The notes under the pieces: model-generated | Told to the model about the DNA's origin: nothing | Seen by the model: the letters and a program-made list of their open reading frames with translations, nothing else | Databases searched by the model: none | Shown: positions 41,301-52,445 of the stretch, in pieces | Layout of the letters: each line of letters starts with the position of its first letter | Numbering within the stretch: the first letter of the stretch is position 1 | Assembly (NCBI GenBank): GCA_030141605.1 | Contig: JAQGDQ010000013.1 | Location: 1,373,996-1,437,995, forward strand | Length of the DNA: 64,000 nucleotides | From: Tubiluchus corallicola | Lineage: Eukaryota > Animalia > Priapulida | Direction of reading: 5' to 3' | Program-made: the position numbers and the translations under genes

Positions 41301-44300
41301 ATAGTTGTGTCCAGGTAAATCACATAGTGGTCTAGCAAAAATTTATCACTACATAAAACTGAACTATACTTACCTTTCAATTAAATAAAAACAGTGTAAC
41401 CTTTTGATAACTTGCTCGCGGTGTTTCTGTTAACGAGTTCCTCTTTTAAGACTAATACACTCAGCAAGTGATGAATCAAAACCTTATGAAAACACAGAAC
41501 TGACGAAAATTGTTTACTACGAAATTTTCAAATCAACTGCCATTGTTTAAGTTATTCCAAACATGATAGGATCTATTGTTTGATGTCATTCTAAACAAAC
41601 TCCTTTGGGGGACATTCTGTCTCTCATAATCTTTTCATTATTCTTAGCTGGCTCTTCCTTCACTTCCACACTCCTCTAGTCTCCATCCACTATGGACATG
41701 ATCTTTTTATTATTGTTAGTTAGCTCTTCCTTCTCTTTCACACTCCTCCAGTCTCCATCCACTATGGGCATGATCTTTTTATTATTGTTAGTTAGCTCTT
41801 CCTTCTCTTCCACACTCCTCCAGTCTCCATCCACTATGGACATGATCTTTTTATTATTGTTAGTTAGCTCTCCCTTCTCTTTCACACTCCTCTAGTCTCT
41901 CTCCCCCCCTCTCTCTCTCTCTCCTTATTCTACCTCTCTCTCCCTCCCTCCCTCCCTCTCTCTCTCTCTTTCTCATTTCTCTACCTCTGCCTCTCTCTCC
42001 CTCCCTCCCTCCCTCCCATGAGTTAACTTGTGAGCAACCTACACAAACACAGACATGTACAAATTTTATTTCAGAATAGTTCCCCTCAAATTCTTTCAGT
42101 GGTATAAGTTTATAGCTTAAACATTTACTGATGCTTAGTATGTACCTTGTTATACCTGTGTTATCTCTGCAAAACTAAAATTGTCTCAGAATAAAACGCA
42201 GTTTATAATGGATGAAAGTTTGAAAGCAGCTAACGCACGCATTAGAAGTATAAGTTCCTTTATGTAATGATTATCAAACTAAGAATGAAGGCTTATTCTA
42301 AATTATCCACTGTTTATTCTGTTACAATGTAACAGTGTGTTCCAGAGCAGACTTTTTGTTCAAAATGGTGTGTTGCTAGTGACAATCAGTTCCAATTCTG
42401 TACAAAAAGGGCAATTAAGTTGCAAATCTAAAAATGTAACACAAAAGGCAAATCAGCACACATTTTAGAAAAAAGTGTTCCTACAAAAGCTATTATCCTC
42501 TTTGAGTTTTGAAATTTGAAAGGGAAAAAAACTGATTGAAGCTAGTGAGTAGACAAATAATTTAGAAAGATTAAAAAGGGTTTAAATAATAGAGAGTAGA
42601 CAAATAATTTAAAAAAGTGAAAAGGGTATTAAATAATATAATAGAGTAAACTCTCATATAGCAGACCTCGTTATAACGGATAATTTCTGCTTGTAATTAT
42701 ACCGGATAAGTCCGTTATAAGAAACTCAAGCGTCCGGACAATGACCTCAAGTCCGCATGTGATACAATGTGCTGTGTCAGCATTGTCATTAACAGAATGT
42801 TTTATCATTCATTAAGAATCATCACAGTCAGGTGCAAGTTGACCTAGGTGACTACTATACTGCCATGGCCCATAAATGGGTTTCAATCAAGATTCACACC
42901 AGCTTTAATTAATTTGTACCTTTTATCATAGATTAATTAGAGCAATTAGTTACTTGCTACAGTAAAGTGACCTGCGAGAAGCGCCAGCTTCTAAATATTT
43001 AAAAATCTTCTATGTTAATGTAAAAAATTCTGCCAAACTTAGGTGTCACCCAGAAAAATTAATAAAGTCAGTTACAATAATACCCTACTTTCCAATAAAC
43101 CCTTAGACAGTTTTGTTGTGCGCACACACAAATGCGATTAAGTGTACCACAGCAATGCGTCTTAACTACAACCGTTACATGGTGGGTAAAGGAAAGCCGT
43201 TTGCTGCATCAGTTCAGTAAATTCAGTTGTTTTACGCAAACTGTACTTAACTATACATTAGTCTGTGGTTAGAGTGATTTATTAGCAGAATCTTGCCTGG
43301 GAACAAGAAAACATAAACTAGGTAAGGTTCTAGCTAGCTGTTAAAACTGTTACTATTACAACAGGATGGGCTGCAAGACATTGTCAAGATCATCATCGAT
43401 CGCTAGTACTGTGAAAAGGCTTATTAACACATTACAACTTGTTCGAGCTGCATAGAGCATTTGACGCATGTTATGAGATCAAAACTTATAAAAACTTTTT
43501 AAACAAAAATTCTCTCTGTAGTAGCAAACTGCAGCAATAGCACTTTTGTACATCATTAAATTGGCAGGTTCAATGGCTAATAATATTTTACCTTTAATAT
43601 GTTTAGGTATTGCACCTTGCTTAGCTGATTTCTCAACTGGTGATGGTACCATTCCAGCTGCTTTTTCTTCACTTTCTTCTTTGAGTGATTCTTTCTCCTC
43701 CTCTTTGCCTAAACAAGAGTAGGGTACGTGACATTTGCGCAGAATTAAATTTGGGCAAGTGACATTTGGGCACGAGTTATTCGGGTATGTAACATTTGGG
43801 CATGATCATTTGGGCACGTAACATTTGGGCACAAGTCATTTGGGTATGTGACATTTCGGCATGGTCATTTGGGCATGAGTCATTTGGACACCAGGACACT
43901 TGGACACGACGTCACTTGGGCACAAGACATTTGGGCACCAACAAAATTTGATATTGTACCTAAATTTTTTTCATTTTTGTTTATTAACTTTTTAATAACT
44001 CACTATTTTCTTAACTGTCACAATGTTTAATACTACAATTAAAAACCAGTTAATTGCCTTTCTGTACTTTCCTACCTTCACTGTTACTCTATATGCAGTT
44101 TTAAAAATGTCATAAGTTTACATGAACAGTGAGATTTAGTTGTTCATTATTACCAATGCAAGTTAAAACTAGTAGACAGAAGAAGCCAACCAGCATTTCC
44201 AGTTTGTCCCAAGCAAGCAAATGATAACCTAAAGTTAACGTGCAGCCATTCATCGAGAACTTTGCACACTTTAAATTACGTTGTTCATACTAGTTGCCTA

Positions 44301-47300
44301 TTCGAAAGAAAACAGGTCAATTAATGAGAAAAAATGTCTACTACATAATTGTCACTTTCAAGATTAAGGTTCTTCATGGCATCTCTTGAGAAATGTTCAG
44401 CAACAGAGTTTTTTACGCATGGTGAATGTTTTATTTATTTCTAGTGTCAATTACACGAACGTATTCATGAAAATAATTATTTATTTGTTACAGAAACTCT
44501 AGGTAAATTTCAAAAATTAGCATTGTAACTAAGCAATCAAAGGATTTACTTAATAGGCGAAATATAGGCATCGCATTTATAGTGCAAAACAGAAATTATT
44601 TTCCTACTCAAGCGTAACGTAACTGGATACTGGCCCCAAATGTCTCATGCCCAAGTAGAGCCCCAAATGTCTTGTCCCAATGAGCATACGTATCGAAATT
44701 TTTTATATAGTCGCAGCATAGCAGATCAGGTAATAAGAATAGCTCAGTAGCCATGGTGTGCACTTTACCATAAAAGTCAAGCAGTCACAGACCTAGTTAG
44801 TACAATGTTGGGTAACCACCAAAACAGTTCGCTCCGTATAGTTTTTCCCATTGTTCTATCTGATGCAACTAGTAGAAACAAGTACTTTAGTAGTCAAAAT
44901 AGAAGAAATTGAAATTTTCCTATTAATTTAGAAATGCAAGATAATGTAATAATAATAATTACACCTAAAAAGTGATAGAGTCCACAGATAAACATCAAAT
45001 TAAAATAAATATAGTTTAATATAGAACAGGTAGTAATTTAATATAGTAACAAGCTGTGGACACGATCATAGGTCTTGAAGGACTCACATGCTCTCAAAAA
45101 CTGCAAAAACTAGACCTGTATTGATTTTCTGCAAGAAGATGCGGGGGAAGAGACTTACTGAAATGTTCAAGATTTTTAAGGAATTCACTGATATCAATGC
45201 AAACCAATTTTTTACACTCAATAGAAACAATACACAGGTGGGCAGAGTGTTATAAATTGTTCAAAGCACATGGTCAATACTGAAAGGTTCCGGCATAGTT
45301 TTTCACAAGCTGAAGTGATAATGTGGAACTCGTTACCGGAATTATTAGTGACAGCAAATAACTCCAGGCGAGAAACCTCATATTTTAATACCAGTTTGGT
45401 ATATTAGGAGGAGAGTAAACCAACATGAATAACTGGACAAGGGTGTTTTTTGGCTAGCTACTCAGTGGATGAGAGATTGGTGCAAGAGATGGAAATCAAG
45501 GTTTACTCAACACGAAGGTGAATTACGAAGCCAAAGGTGCGTTAACTGAACTGAATGACAAAAATATTTGATATTTTAATAAAATAGCCTTTGAAACTAA
45601 TGGGAACTACATCATGCTTTTGCACAGGTAATGGAGCACCTTTCTCTCCACTTTCTTCTCCTAGTTTCGGTGTTTGCTGCTCAACTACTTCTTCAGCAGC
45701 TTTGGGCAATTGTTTCTTTTTGCCTTTACCTAAATAATAAAAACGTGGTTCTCATAAAGGTTAGGATAGTTAATGAAAGTCAGTTTATACTGGCACAAAT
45801 GTACCATTACTTTACATAAACAGTTTAATCAATGTTGGCGGGACTGCAGGACACAATCATCGACTGTTGCACACATGGCTAGTTAATTCTTAAATGAGTT
45901 AGTTTTGTGCTACAACCGTGATCTCAGCCATAGGTCTGACATCTAAACATGTAACAATTAATATACATACAAACAGCCTTCAGGAATAAAAACAGTGATA
46001 TGTCGCATACTCACTAATCTTAGTGCCAATAACAACAACATCCACATGGATACTGAGTCATGACAATGACATTGGCAATAGCTTCATTGCAAATTTACCA
46101 CTAAGTTTATTTCTTTACTTCGGTTACATTCGAGCCACACCGGTATTATTTAGTTGATGATGAACAATAACAATTAATTTTAGCAAAATAAGTGAAAAAT
46201 GCAATAAGTTTCTTCAACTAATATGTGCCGATTTTAATTTTTAATAAGTTGTTTTGGCTAACCACCTTGTAACTTGTGAATATCATACATCAATACACAC
46301 ATCAACAACTCACAGTGCATAGTGTGTACTTAGATACAAAAATTAAGCGGCATCGGACCTGGTTAGTAAATTGCAGGTTGACCACCAGAGAAACTCGCTC
46401 TGTATGGTTCATCTGCCACAGTGCCTCAAGCCTCTTCTCTTTCTAATACGGTAGATGTTTACTTTCTTGGCATTGTTTATTCTTATAATTGTACAATGGT
46501 ATGTACAAGAAACATATTCTTACCATATATGTTTACTTTTATAGGGTAAATATATGCTTATTATTTGTTTATAAGACAAAATAAAAAAAACAACATTACA
46601 ATTACGTACAATTATCAAAGCAAACAATTAATAAGTGAGCAATTAATATGCAACTGGTTGCAGCTGAGCTAACTATATACGTAAGGGAAATGGCTAAGAA
46701 AATAGCAAAAAAGTAAGATGCCCTATATCAAAGTAAAAAATGCATTATGCAACCATCTTCATTTCATGAATGGTTCTCTTCTTCACCTACGTCTGTTGCC
46801 TACCATTACTACTAACCTTCAAAAAAAATTTCAAATGAATTCACACCACCTTACCTTTTTTACCTTTGCCCTCTTTAGGTGGTAAAACCTCCTGAGTTTT
46901 CTCATGCTTCAAGGGCAATGCGAACATAGCACCAGCCTCAGAACAAGTTTTATCGTGTTCCTCTGCATGTCCCTGGTTTTCAGCATCTCCGGTTGCTCCT
47001 TCAGCTTCCGGTGCTTTACTCGTAGACGCAGCTGCCTGAGTGGATACTAAAAAAGGAGATCGTATTTCTTAATCAAGATAATTAGCTAGCACGCAAATTT
47101 ACTAAATTTTTGCAGCATTTTATCTTATTTGAAGTACCTTTACTTAATAAAGCTCAACAGTTTCAAAACCTATTAAGCGACTATTAAGCTTAGCTTACTA
47201 ACATAACATCTGATTGAAATTTTCTATTGTGAATGTTCATGAAAACTAACAAAATCTGTACTAAAGAGTATCCATGCCAACTATCATGTGAGGTGGAAGC

Positions 47301-48278
47301 ACATTGATCATCGTTTTACACATCAAAGGTGAAATACATTAGAAATGTCGAGAAACGTAAGAAAAATCAAAGCTTTTCACCAAACCTTGCTTGTACATTT
47401 GTCTACTGTACCTGTTCTCTGTGTTACAATCTGAGTACACTTAACTCCTTCAGGACCGCACCATTCAAAATAAGTCTTAAATGATTTCTGCTACTGTATG
47501 AGCACAAACATAACTAAATGATTACAAACTAGGTACTGTTCTATTCAGGAGAATATCACCTATCCAATCATGCTATTGTTTAAGCATTTATAAGTTATTC
47601 AATTGGGTAACATTAAGAAAAACATGCTCTCTTCACTTGAGTCATCGTACACACTAATTTATTGATCATCTGCTTGATACAGCCCAAGCTCTGCAGTGTC
47701 CTGCTGCTGTTCCACGAAAAAAACCAACCGGTCAGCCTAGGACAAATTAAAGTCCTTTAACCTTTTAACAGGAATTTTGCCTTGAAAACAGAGTAGACTT
47801 GAGGCCAGAGTGTTGTGTATGGATGGTTGAAATTTTCTGCATTAGCCAAAGTAGTACAAGTGATACTGTACTTCTTTTACAGTGCAAACACTGAAGTTAC
47901 TGAAAGTTTTTTCAACTTATTTGTCAAAAATCCATTTTAAATTCGTCTAAGGAAAGCAAAGACATTTCATATATAATTTTGCATGAAAGTCCTTTGTGTC
48001 AGGAGAAGAAACCTACAAAAATTATCAAATATAACATAAGCACTGCTTAGTGAGAACTGTTTTTCATGAACCCATGCAAAATGCAGCAAAAGCTTATGGC
48101 ATTGAAGGAGTTAATTACAATCACTAGATGAGTGAGATAAAAATAACAATTACATGTACAAAAGCAGTTTCTCGTGTTTGTTTCAATAATCAAAAACAGT
48201 ACACCTTTGCAACCACAAAGCAATGTTAAGATTACCTGGTTGTTTACCCTTTCGTCCTTTTGATTTCTTTTTTGTCAT
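24117..48278 (-). CDS. AGO: Argonaute (AGO clade; N, L1, PAZ, L2, MID, PIWI), 21 coding exons, about 1019 aa
   Basis: Exons joined by hand with GT-AG boundaries and consistent phases give a 3060-nt frame from [12 protein letters not shown] to GMYFA*. Motifs [92 protein letters not shown]. Confidence 0.95.
24279..24506. repeat. 85-bp tandem repeat, ~2.7 copies, intronic
   Basis: AAATGTCCCTAAAAAGTGGCTT recurs at 24279, 24364 and 24449; third copy internally deleted. Confidence 0.9.
25083..25282 (-). CDS. AGO: Argonaute exon 20 (PIWI, catalytic His)
   Basis: [15 protein letters not shown]...[23 protein letters not shown]; AG/GT bounded. Confidence 0.95.
25576..25793. mobile_element. Old DNA-transposon-like repeat, related to 33037-33248
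   Basis: Shared GTAAAGATGACA.AAAA, TATCTTATTT, TTATTTGAGTCAAT..CGACAGTTTTTATA and TTTTGAG.CAATTA segments in the same order. Confidence 0.55.
25896..25997 (-). CDS. AGO: Argonaute exon 19
   Basis: [34 protein letters not shown]. Confidence 0.95.
26121..26255 (-). CDS. AGO: Argonaute exon 18
   Basis: [13 protein letters not shown]...[21 protein letters not shown]. Confidence 0.95.
26414..26542 (-). CDS. AGO: Argonaute exon 17 (catalytic Glu and second Asp)
   Basis: EIIEEM...[14 protein letters not shown]. Confidence 0.95.
26648..26922. mobile_element. TA-flanked MITE with internal (TA)n
   Basis: GGGTAAAGCGGGGTAATGTCGGCC versus reverse complement GGGTGTATTGGGATAATGTCGGCC; TA at both ends. 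Confidence 0.7.
27385..27541 (-). CDS. AGO: Argonaute exon 16 (first catalytic Asp)
   Basis: [20 protein letters not shown]...[11 protein letters not shown]...[13 protein letters not shown]. Confidence 0.95.
27637..27780 (+). mobile_element. tRNA-derived SINE copy (same family as 1079-1231)
   Basis: A-box CAGCTCAGCTG, B-box GAGTTCAAATCTC, body TTTTTCAATGTCTCCCTT...TCTGGTAATCAC...TAATTAAT. Confidence 0.65.
28451..28610 (-). CDS. AGO: Argonaute exon 15 (MID)
   Basis: [18 protein letters not shown]...[16 protein letters not shown]. Confidence 0.95.
29410..30386 (+). mobile_element. Degenerate TGACCT-rich interspersed element, possibly Helentron-associated (HINE-like)
   Basis: Repeated TGACCT motifs, ACAAAAGGTTTTG twice (29645, 30272), terminal hairpin CCTTACTGAC-TAAT-GTCAAGGG followed by CTAAAA. 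Confidence 0.35.
30785..30966 (-). CDS. AGO: Argonaute exon 14 (MID)
   Basis: [17 protein letters not shown]...[13 protein letters not shown]. Confidence 0.92.
32010..32140 (-). CDS. AGO: Argonaute exon 13
   Basis: [30 protein letters not shown]. Confidence 0.92.
33037..33248. mobile_element. Old DNA-transposon-like repeat, related to 25576-25793
   Basis: Colinear similarity to 25576-25793. Confidence 0.55.
33479..33598 (-). CDS. AGO: Argonaute exon 12 (L2)
   Basis: [11 protein letters not shown]...[15 protein letters not shown]. Confidence 0.93.
33717..33836 (-). CDS. AGO: Argonaute exon 11
   Basis: [40 protein letters not shown]. Confidence 0.93.
35530..35677 (-). CDS. AGO: Argonaute exon 10 (PAZ)
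   Basis: FPLD...[26 protein letters not shown]...YLPVE. Confidence 0.95.
36433..36655 (-). CDS. AGO: Argonaute exon 9 (PAZ)
   Basis: SATAFYK...[35 protein letters not shown]. Confidence 0.95.
37036..37175 (-). CDS. AGO: Argonaute exon 8 (L1)
   Basis: SVGRCFF...[27 protein letters not shown]. Confidence 0.95.
37359..37549 (-). CDS. AGO: Argonaute exon 7 (N domain)
   Basis: RTFKVTVK...[14 protein letters not shown]. Confidence 0.9.
38266..38347. repeat. (GA)n microsatellite
   Basis: Directly visible. Confidence 0.95.
38561..38678 (-). CDS. AGO: Argonaute exon 6 (N domain)
   Basis: EVFTKLV...[18 protein letters not shown]. Confidence 0.92.
39613..39865 (-). CDS. AGO: Argonaute exon 5
   Basis: [22 protein letters not shown]...[16 protein letters not shown]. 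Confidence 0.92.
41643..41898. repeat. 72-bp tandem repeat (~3.4 copies) followed by a CT-rich tract
   Basis: CACACTCCTC.AGTCTCCATCCACTATGG recurs at a 72-bp period. Confidence 0.9.
43592..43708 (-). CDS. AGO: Argonaute exon 4 (N-terminal extension)
   Basis: TTTAG acceptor, GTAAA donor, phase 1-1; [38 protein letters not shown]. Confidence 0.75.
43722..44678. mobile_element. MITE with 15-bp subterminal repeats (ACATTTGGGCAC-type)
   Basis: About 14 tandem units at 43722-43940 and inverted CCCAAATGTC units at 44633-44678. Confidence 0.7.
44774..44845 (+). mobile_element. 5S rRNA-derived SINE-like fragment
   Basis: AAGTCAAGCAG..AGACCTAGTTAGTAC..GGGTAACCACC resembles the 5S internal control region; downstream CGCTC.GTAT.GTT shared with 46341-46410. 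Confidence 0.5.
45050..45365 (+). mobile_element. CR1-type LINE 3' ORF2 remnant (frameshifted)
   Basis: Fragments KLQKLDL, EMFKIFK, NQFFTL, YKLFK, RHSFS, WNSLPE follow the order of the CR1 ORF2 C-terminus. Confidence 0.75.
45640..45729 (-). CDS. AGO: Argonaute exon 3 (N-terminal extension); donor uncertain (45640 GT, or 45589 GC)
   Basis: TTTAG acceptor; [29 protein letters not shown]; phase 1-1. Confidence 0.65.
46341..46410 (+). mobile_element. 5S rRNA-derived SINE-like fragment
   Basis: TTAAGCGGCATCGGACCTGGTTAGTA...GACCACCAGAGAA resembles animal 5S rRNA (TAAGCAGGGTCGGGCCTGGTTAGTA...GACCGCCTGGGAA). Confidence 0.6.
46855..47046 (-). CDS. AGO: Argonaute exon 2 (N-terminal extension)
   Basis: Open 192-nt phase 1-1 exon, TTTTTAG acceptor, GTAAG donor; [16 protein letters not shown]...PKEGKGKK. 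Confidence 0.8.
47445..48110. mobile_element. piggyBac-type MITE, 666 bp
   Basis: TTAA on both sides (47441-44, 48111-14); TIRs CTCCTTCAGGACC and CTCCTTCAATGCC. Confidence 0.75.
48236..48278 (-). CDS. AGO: Argonaute first coding exon
   Basis: AAAATG context; [14 protein letters not shown]; GTAAT donor in phase 1. A candidate acceptor TTTTCTAG at ~48335 suggests a further upstream non-coding exon. Confidence 0.75.
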
Positions 48279-51200
48279 TTTAGCTCCGTATCTACAGTTC
48301 AATTGTGCTGAACAATATCATAGCGACACCATTCTAGAAAAGAGCAGTATTTCACTTTGTTGCAACTCCTAGTGTGTGCTGCTACTATACCTTACAAGTT
48401 ACAGCTATACTTAACACTCAGTGGTGATGCAGAAGCTTACGCTGATTACTTAGCAAGACCGGCAGTAAGTCGTACTTCAAAGAAATTTTAGTTAAGCAAC
48501 AAGGAAGAAGGATTTTTCTCTCCAAAAACATGTTAATGGAAATGGCGGTGAAAACAGAGATTTAGCTGTGAAACAATTTCCCAGATACTGCAATGTTCTT
48601 ACTCAAATTTTTCTGTTTGTCGACACATTGTTTGTTAACAATAGTGGCTAGCTGTCAAAAGTGGGCAAGACATGCAGATTTAATAATGTTGTATGCTGCT
48701 TTACCATGAGGACAGTGAGGTTTGTTAAAAAGTGACTTGTGTGATGGAATTTTTGGATAGTTAGCTGGCAAGTAAAACGCCCAAAAAGATGTTTTGAAAA
48801 GATTAATTTAAGTTAATACACCTTACAGTTGATATATATTAATGTTAATGCAAACATCATACAGAGATTCGTATAAATTTCTCCTCCTTTTCTTGACACA
48901 TTGTCTTTAGTTTGAACACTATAGCAGGAGCAATGTATTCACACCTGAATGTACTTCGTTACTGTACAAATAAGTTTGAATTAGTTTTTACATAACTAGT
49001 TTAGGCTGTAGTTCTGAATATGTTGGTTTTAAAAACTTGCTGGTCATGTACTTTCTAGTTTTTGTGCTGGATATATGACCAAAACTATGTTTCATTATCA
49101 CTTGATAAATGTTATACATTTTTTACATACTAATATTTGTTAGAAACTGAATATAATGTTAATTAGATTTCAAACATTCAGGTGTCTAGGCATAAACTAG
49201 AAAATTGCAGTTTTACTAACACTACATTATGTTGCGTAATCATCATGATCATCATTATGTTTGTATCACTTATAATCGTCTAGTGTTTGTAAAATAAATA
49301 CTAGTCATGAGAACACATAACCACAATTTAATCTTGGCCATTTCGATTCCAGCTCTCCCTAACCTTTCTGACACATAAAAAAGCCACCAACTATTTTTTC
49401 CAATCCTAACGTCTTCATCACAAATATGATTGATAAGTTTTATAACAAATTTGCTACCGAGCGAATGTGGTACTGAAAAATTGTGAGTATGCTGGAACTT
49501 CGCAACTGTTCTCTGTAAGGATAACCGTATAAATTTATTTAAGTTATAAAACTTCATTTACACTATGTGAATGTGACACGCTTTTTAACTTTAATAATTG
49601 AACTATTTTTAATTTTGATAACAGTTTATAGTTAATGAAACTGACAAAGGTTACATTGCTATGAAAATTTGCAATGCCACTAACTATGTATATAGTTTAA
49701 AACAAATAAAAATGTTGAACTCCCTTTAAAGTCCCATGCATTTATTTCTCTAGTTTGAAATAAGTAAATAAATAATCTATTGTTAGACTTTCAGAGAAAT
49801 AAATAAGTAATCTATCATAAGACTATAAAGGACGTTCAAAATTTATTTGTTTTCAAGATATTTTAAATTAGTTGAGTATATATCTACAGCTTTTTGCAAT
49901 GTACTACAAACATGTACTGTACTCTACTGCACTACACATGCTTGGAGATCTTACAAACAACTACAATTCTCACAGTTTTGATTTCTCGCTGGTAACTGCT
50001 AATGGTAAATATTTACAATTGTTACTTTGCAAGAAATGTAAACAACTGTTCAATATGCACCCAGCTTCTTCACATCAACTAATTCATTGCTCAGTTTTAC
50101 AGTAAACACATGAATGTATTAGCATCTGCTGTATCACCGGCTGCTTAACTTAGAGATTAGAGATTAGTAAAGCAGCTGCAAAAGTCAAATTTACATGTAG
50201 GTGATAAGAAGTGAAAAAAGTAACACTGCAAAATTAAATCAGCTAGGGGTGTGTAGGGAATGCGTTCTCGTCTTCCACTGGAAGGTGAGACACATACCTG
50301 GCTGCCAATGCATTCTCCTACTTTAGCACCTTTTTGTGAAATACTAATGCATAACTATATTTGAGAATTATAATCTTCAAGACTAGATATTTTTAACATT
50401 GATGAAGTTCAACTTTTGAATTGAGTTATGGGGCATACACTTAGTTATATCTGGTGACTAGAAACTAGAATGTTTATTATTTATGTATATTTGGTCAAGC
50501 CACTCAGACTTCAGTGTAGGTCATGGAGCATGTAGAAGATGAAAATTACCTGCCCTTTTGCTCAAAACGTTGGTCATTGCTACACGCATGACTCTGTACA
50601 ATCATAGCCTGCAAACCGGTAAGGACTACAAAAAATGGTTTCACAGATATTCAAATTAACCTGGTCTGGTTTCACTGATCCTGATTTCACTAGATTAGGT
50701 CATTTGTGAGGCTGTGAGCATTCGCTGGGCATGAAGATGAATGCTTATTAACTAACCTGCTATGCTTGCTCAATCGATTAAAGGTGTTTCAAATGACTTA
50801 CTGTTAAAATGGCTGAACCTATCAGTAATTGCAAAGTTTTACAGTGCTACTGCTAATACAAGCTCTGTGTGCCATAAGACAGCATTGTAAAGGCAAATTT
50901 TTTAAGTTTATGTATGAAGTTTTTTCTTGTCTTGTAAAGCAGAATAATGATTTAACAACCTGTAACATGCACATTCTACACCAAAGCATAGCTACTTTAG
51001 TACTAATCCAGTATTAGCACTACTATAGCTATCTATATGTGAAGGACAACTAGGTAGTAAGTGCAGCTACTTAAGAAGCTAACAGAAAGGTAAGGTAAGA
51101 TAAAACATTAAAACGTTTACATTGTCGTCACATAAAATTTTCTGAATTTTCACTATAAACATATATAATTATAATTAGAGTGGCCTCATTGACTCTTATC

Positions 51201-51849
51201 AAACTTTTATATAGGTATTGACTAGAAAAATTAAAAATTTTCTCTATACTACATTTTCTACCTTATAACAAAATAATAAATACTGGATCATTTTATCAAA
51301 GAGTCAAGCTTATATCAACTGGAAGCATTAGTGCTATAAAAGCTTGGGTGCTAACTTACAGTGGAAGTCTTTTTAGATGACCAGGGGTCGGATTTATTTA
51401 CACGTTTGTAAGAATTTTTGTTAAGAATTATCATACAAATTTTTTACGATGTTCACAAGAATTTTCACAAGAATGATTCAGGAACCCTTTTTAGGACCTT
51501 CTTAGCTACGAACGATTCATATGAACACAACATTAAAATGCATTTGAATAAAATTTTGCTGGAGTTAAACATTTAAAGGTATGTATAGAAGTTACTATTT
51601 TAGATGATACTAGTTTTTATAATAAATATCAGTCTGGGGCCATAGCTATGAAGGCGTGTTTTTGCGATCCGGAAAATTAAGAAATTAACACTACAACATG
51701 CTTTCAAATTCTTGTTTATGAATATTTGGGAGCAAAATAGTGCAAAAAATAATTCTGTCTCACTGTGAGCTGAAAGTGGGACACTGCTCAATAGGAGTTA
51801 TGCTATATGAGCTTCTTTACGTGAGTGCAGTAAATACTTCTTTCCGTAA

Positions 51850-52445
51850 ATAGTTCTGAGACATGGTCAAATTTGACAAGTGATTGGGAGAAATTAGAAA
51901 TGATTCAAGCAAATGCTTTAAAAACCTTATTTAATCTTAGCGAATCAACGCCATAGTGGAGATTAGTAACTGAAATAGGCATATGGCTACTAAAACATAA
52001 AGTGAATTATAGAAGACTGATGCTCTATCAGAATTTCTTGATTAATAAACCAGAGATTACTATCAGAGAGGCTCAAAATGCAAATAAAAGCAATGCACAT
52101 GAAAGGACATGGTATAATGAAGTAGTTGAGGCTGCAGAAAAATATGCCATAGTTGCTGATAAGGGTGAAAGTCATGAAAAAGCCTGAATGGAAGAAAAAT
52201 AAAGAGTAAGGTTGAAGGAGCAGCACTAAATTAAGATTTTTAAAACCGAGTGGAAAGGACAAAATTACATAAACACATGCAAACCATAAGAGGTTAAAGA
52301 TATATTGAAAATAAGGCTGAATATGATAAAAGTTAAAGGAAACTAGTACAAGAATGAATTTAAAGACCAGCTATTATTCCCAGTGTGTAGGGAAGCTGAG
52401 GATACTACTGAACATTTTGCTTAAATGCGGCAAATATGGAGAACG
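51850..52445 (+). mobile_element. Decayed non-LTR retrotransposon, post-RT region and zinc knuckle
   Basis: ETWSNLT..EKLEMIQANALKTLFNL.ESTP*WRLVTEIGIW..YRRLMLYQ and PVCREAEDTTEH..LKC, with stops and frameshifts. Confidence 0.7.

Noticed and set aside
41676-41895. Repeat-encoded Argonaute exon
   Set aside because: 72-bp tandem repeat with stops at its edges and no convincing splice sites; the AGO frame closes without it.
46341-46410. 5S rRNA gene
   Set aside because: Only a diverged internal part matches; no full 120-nt gene.
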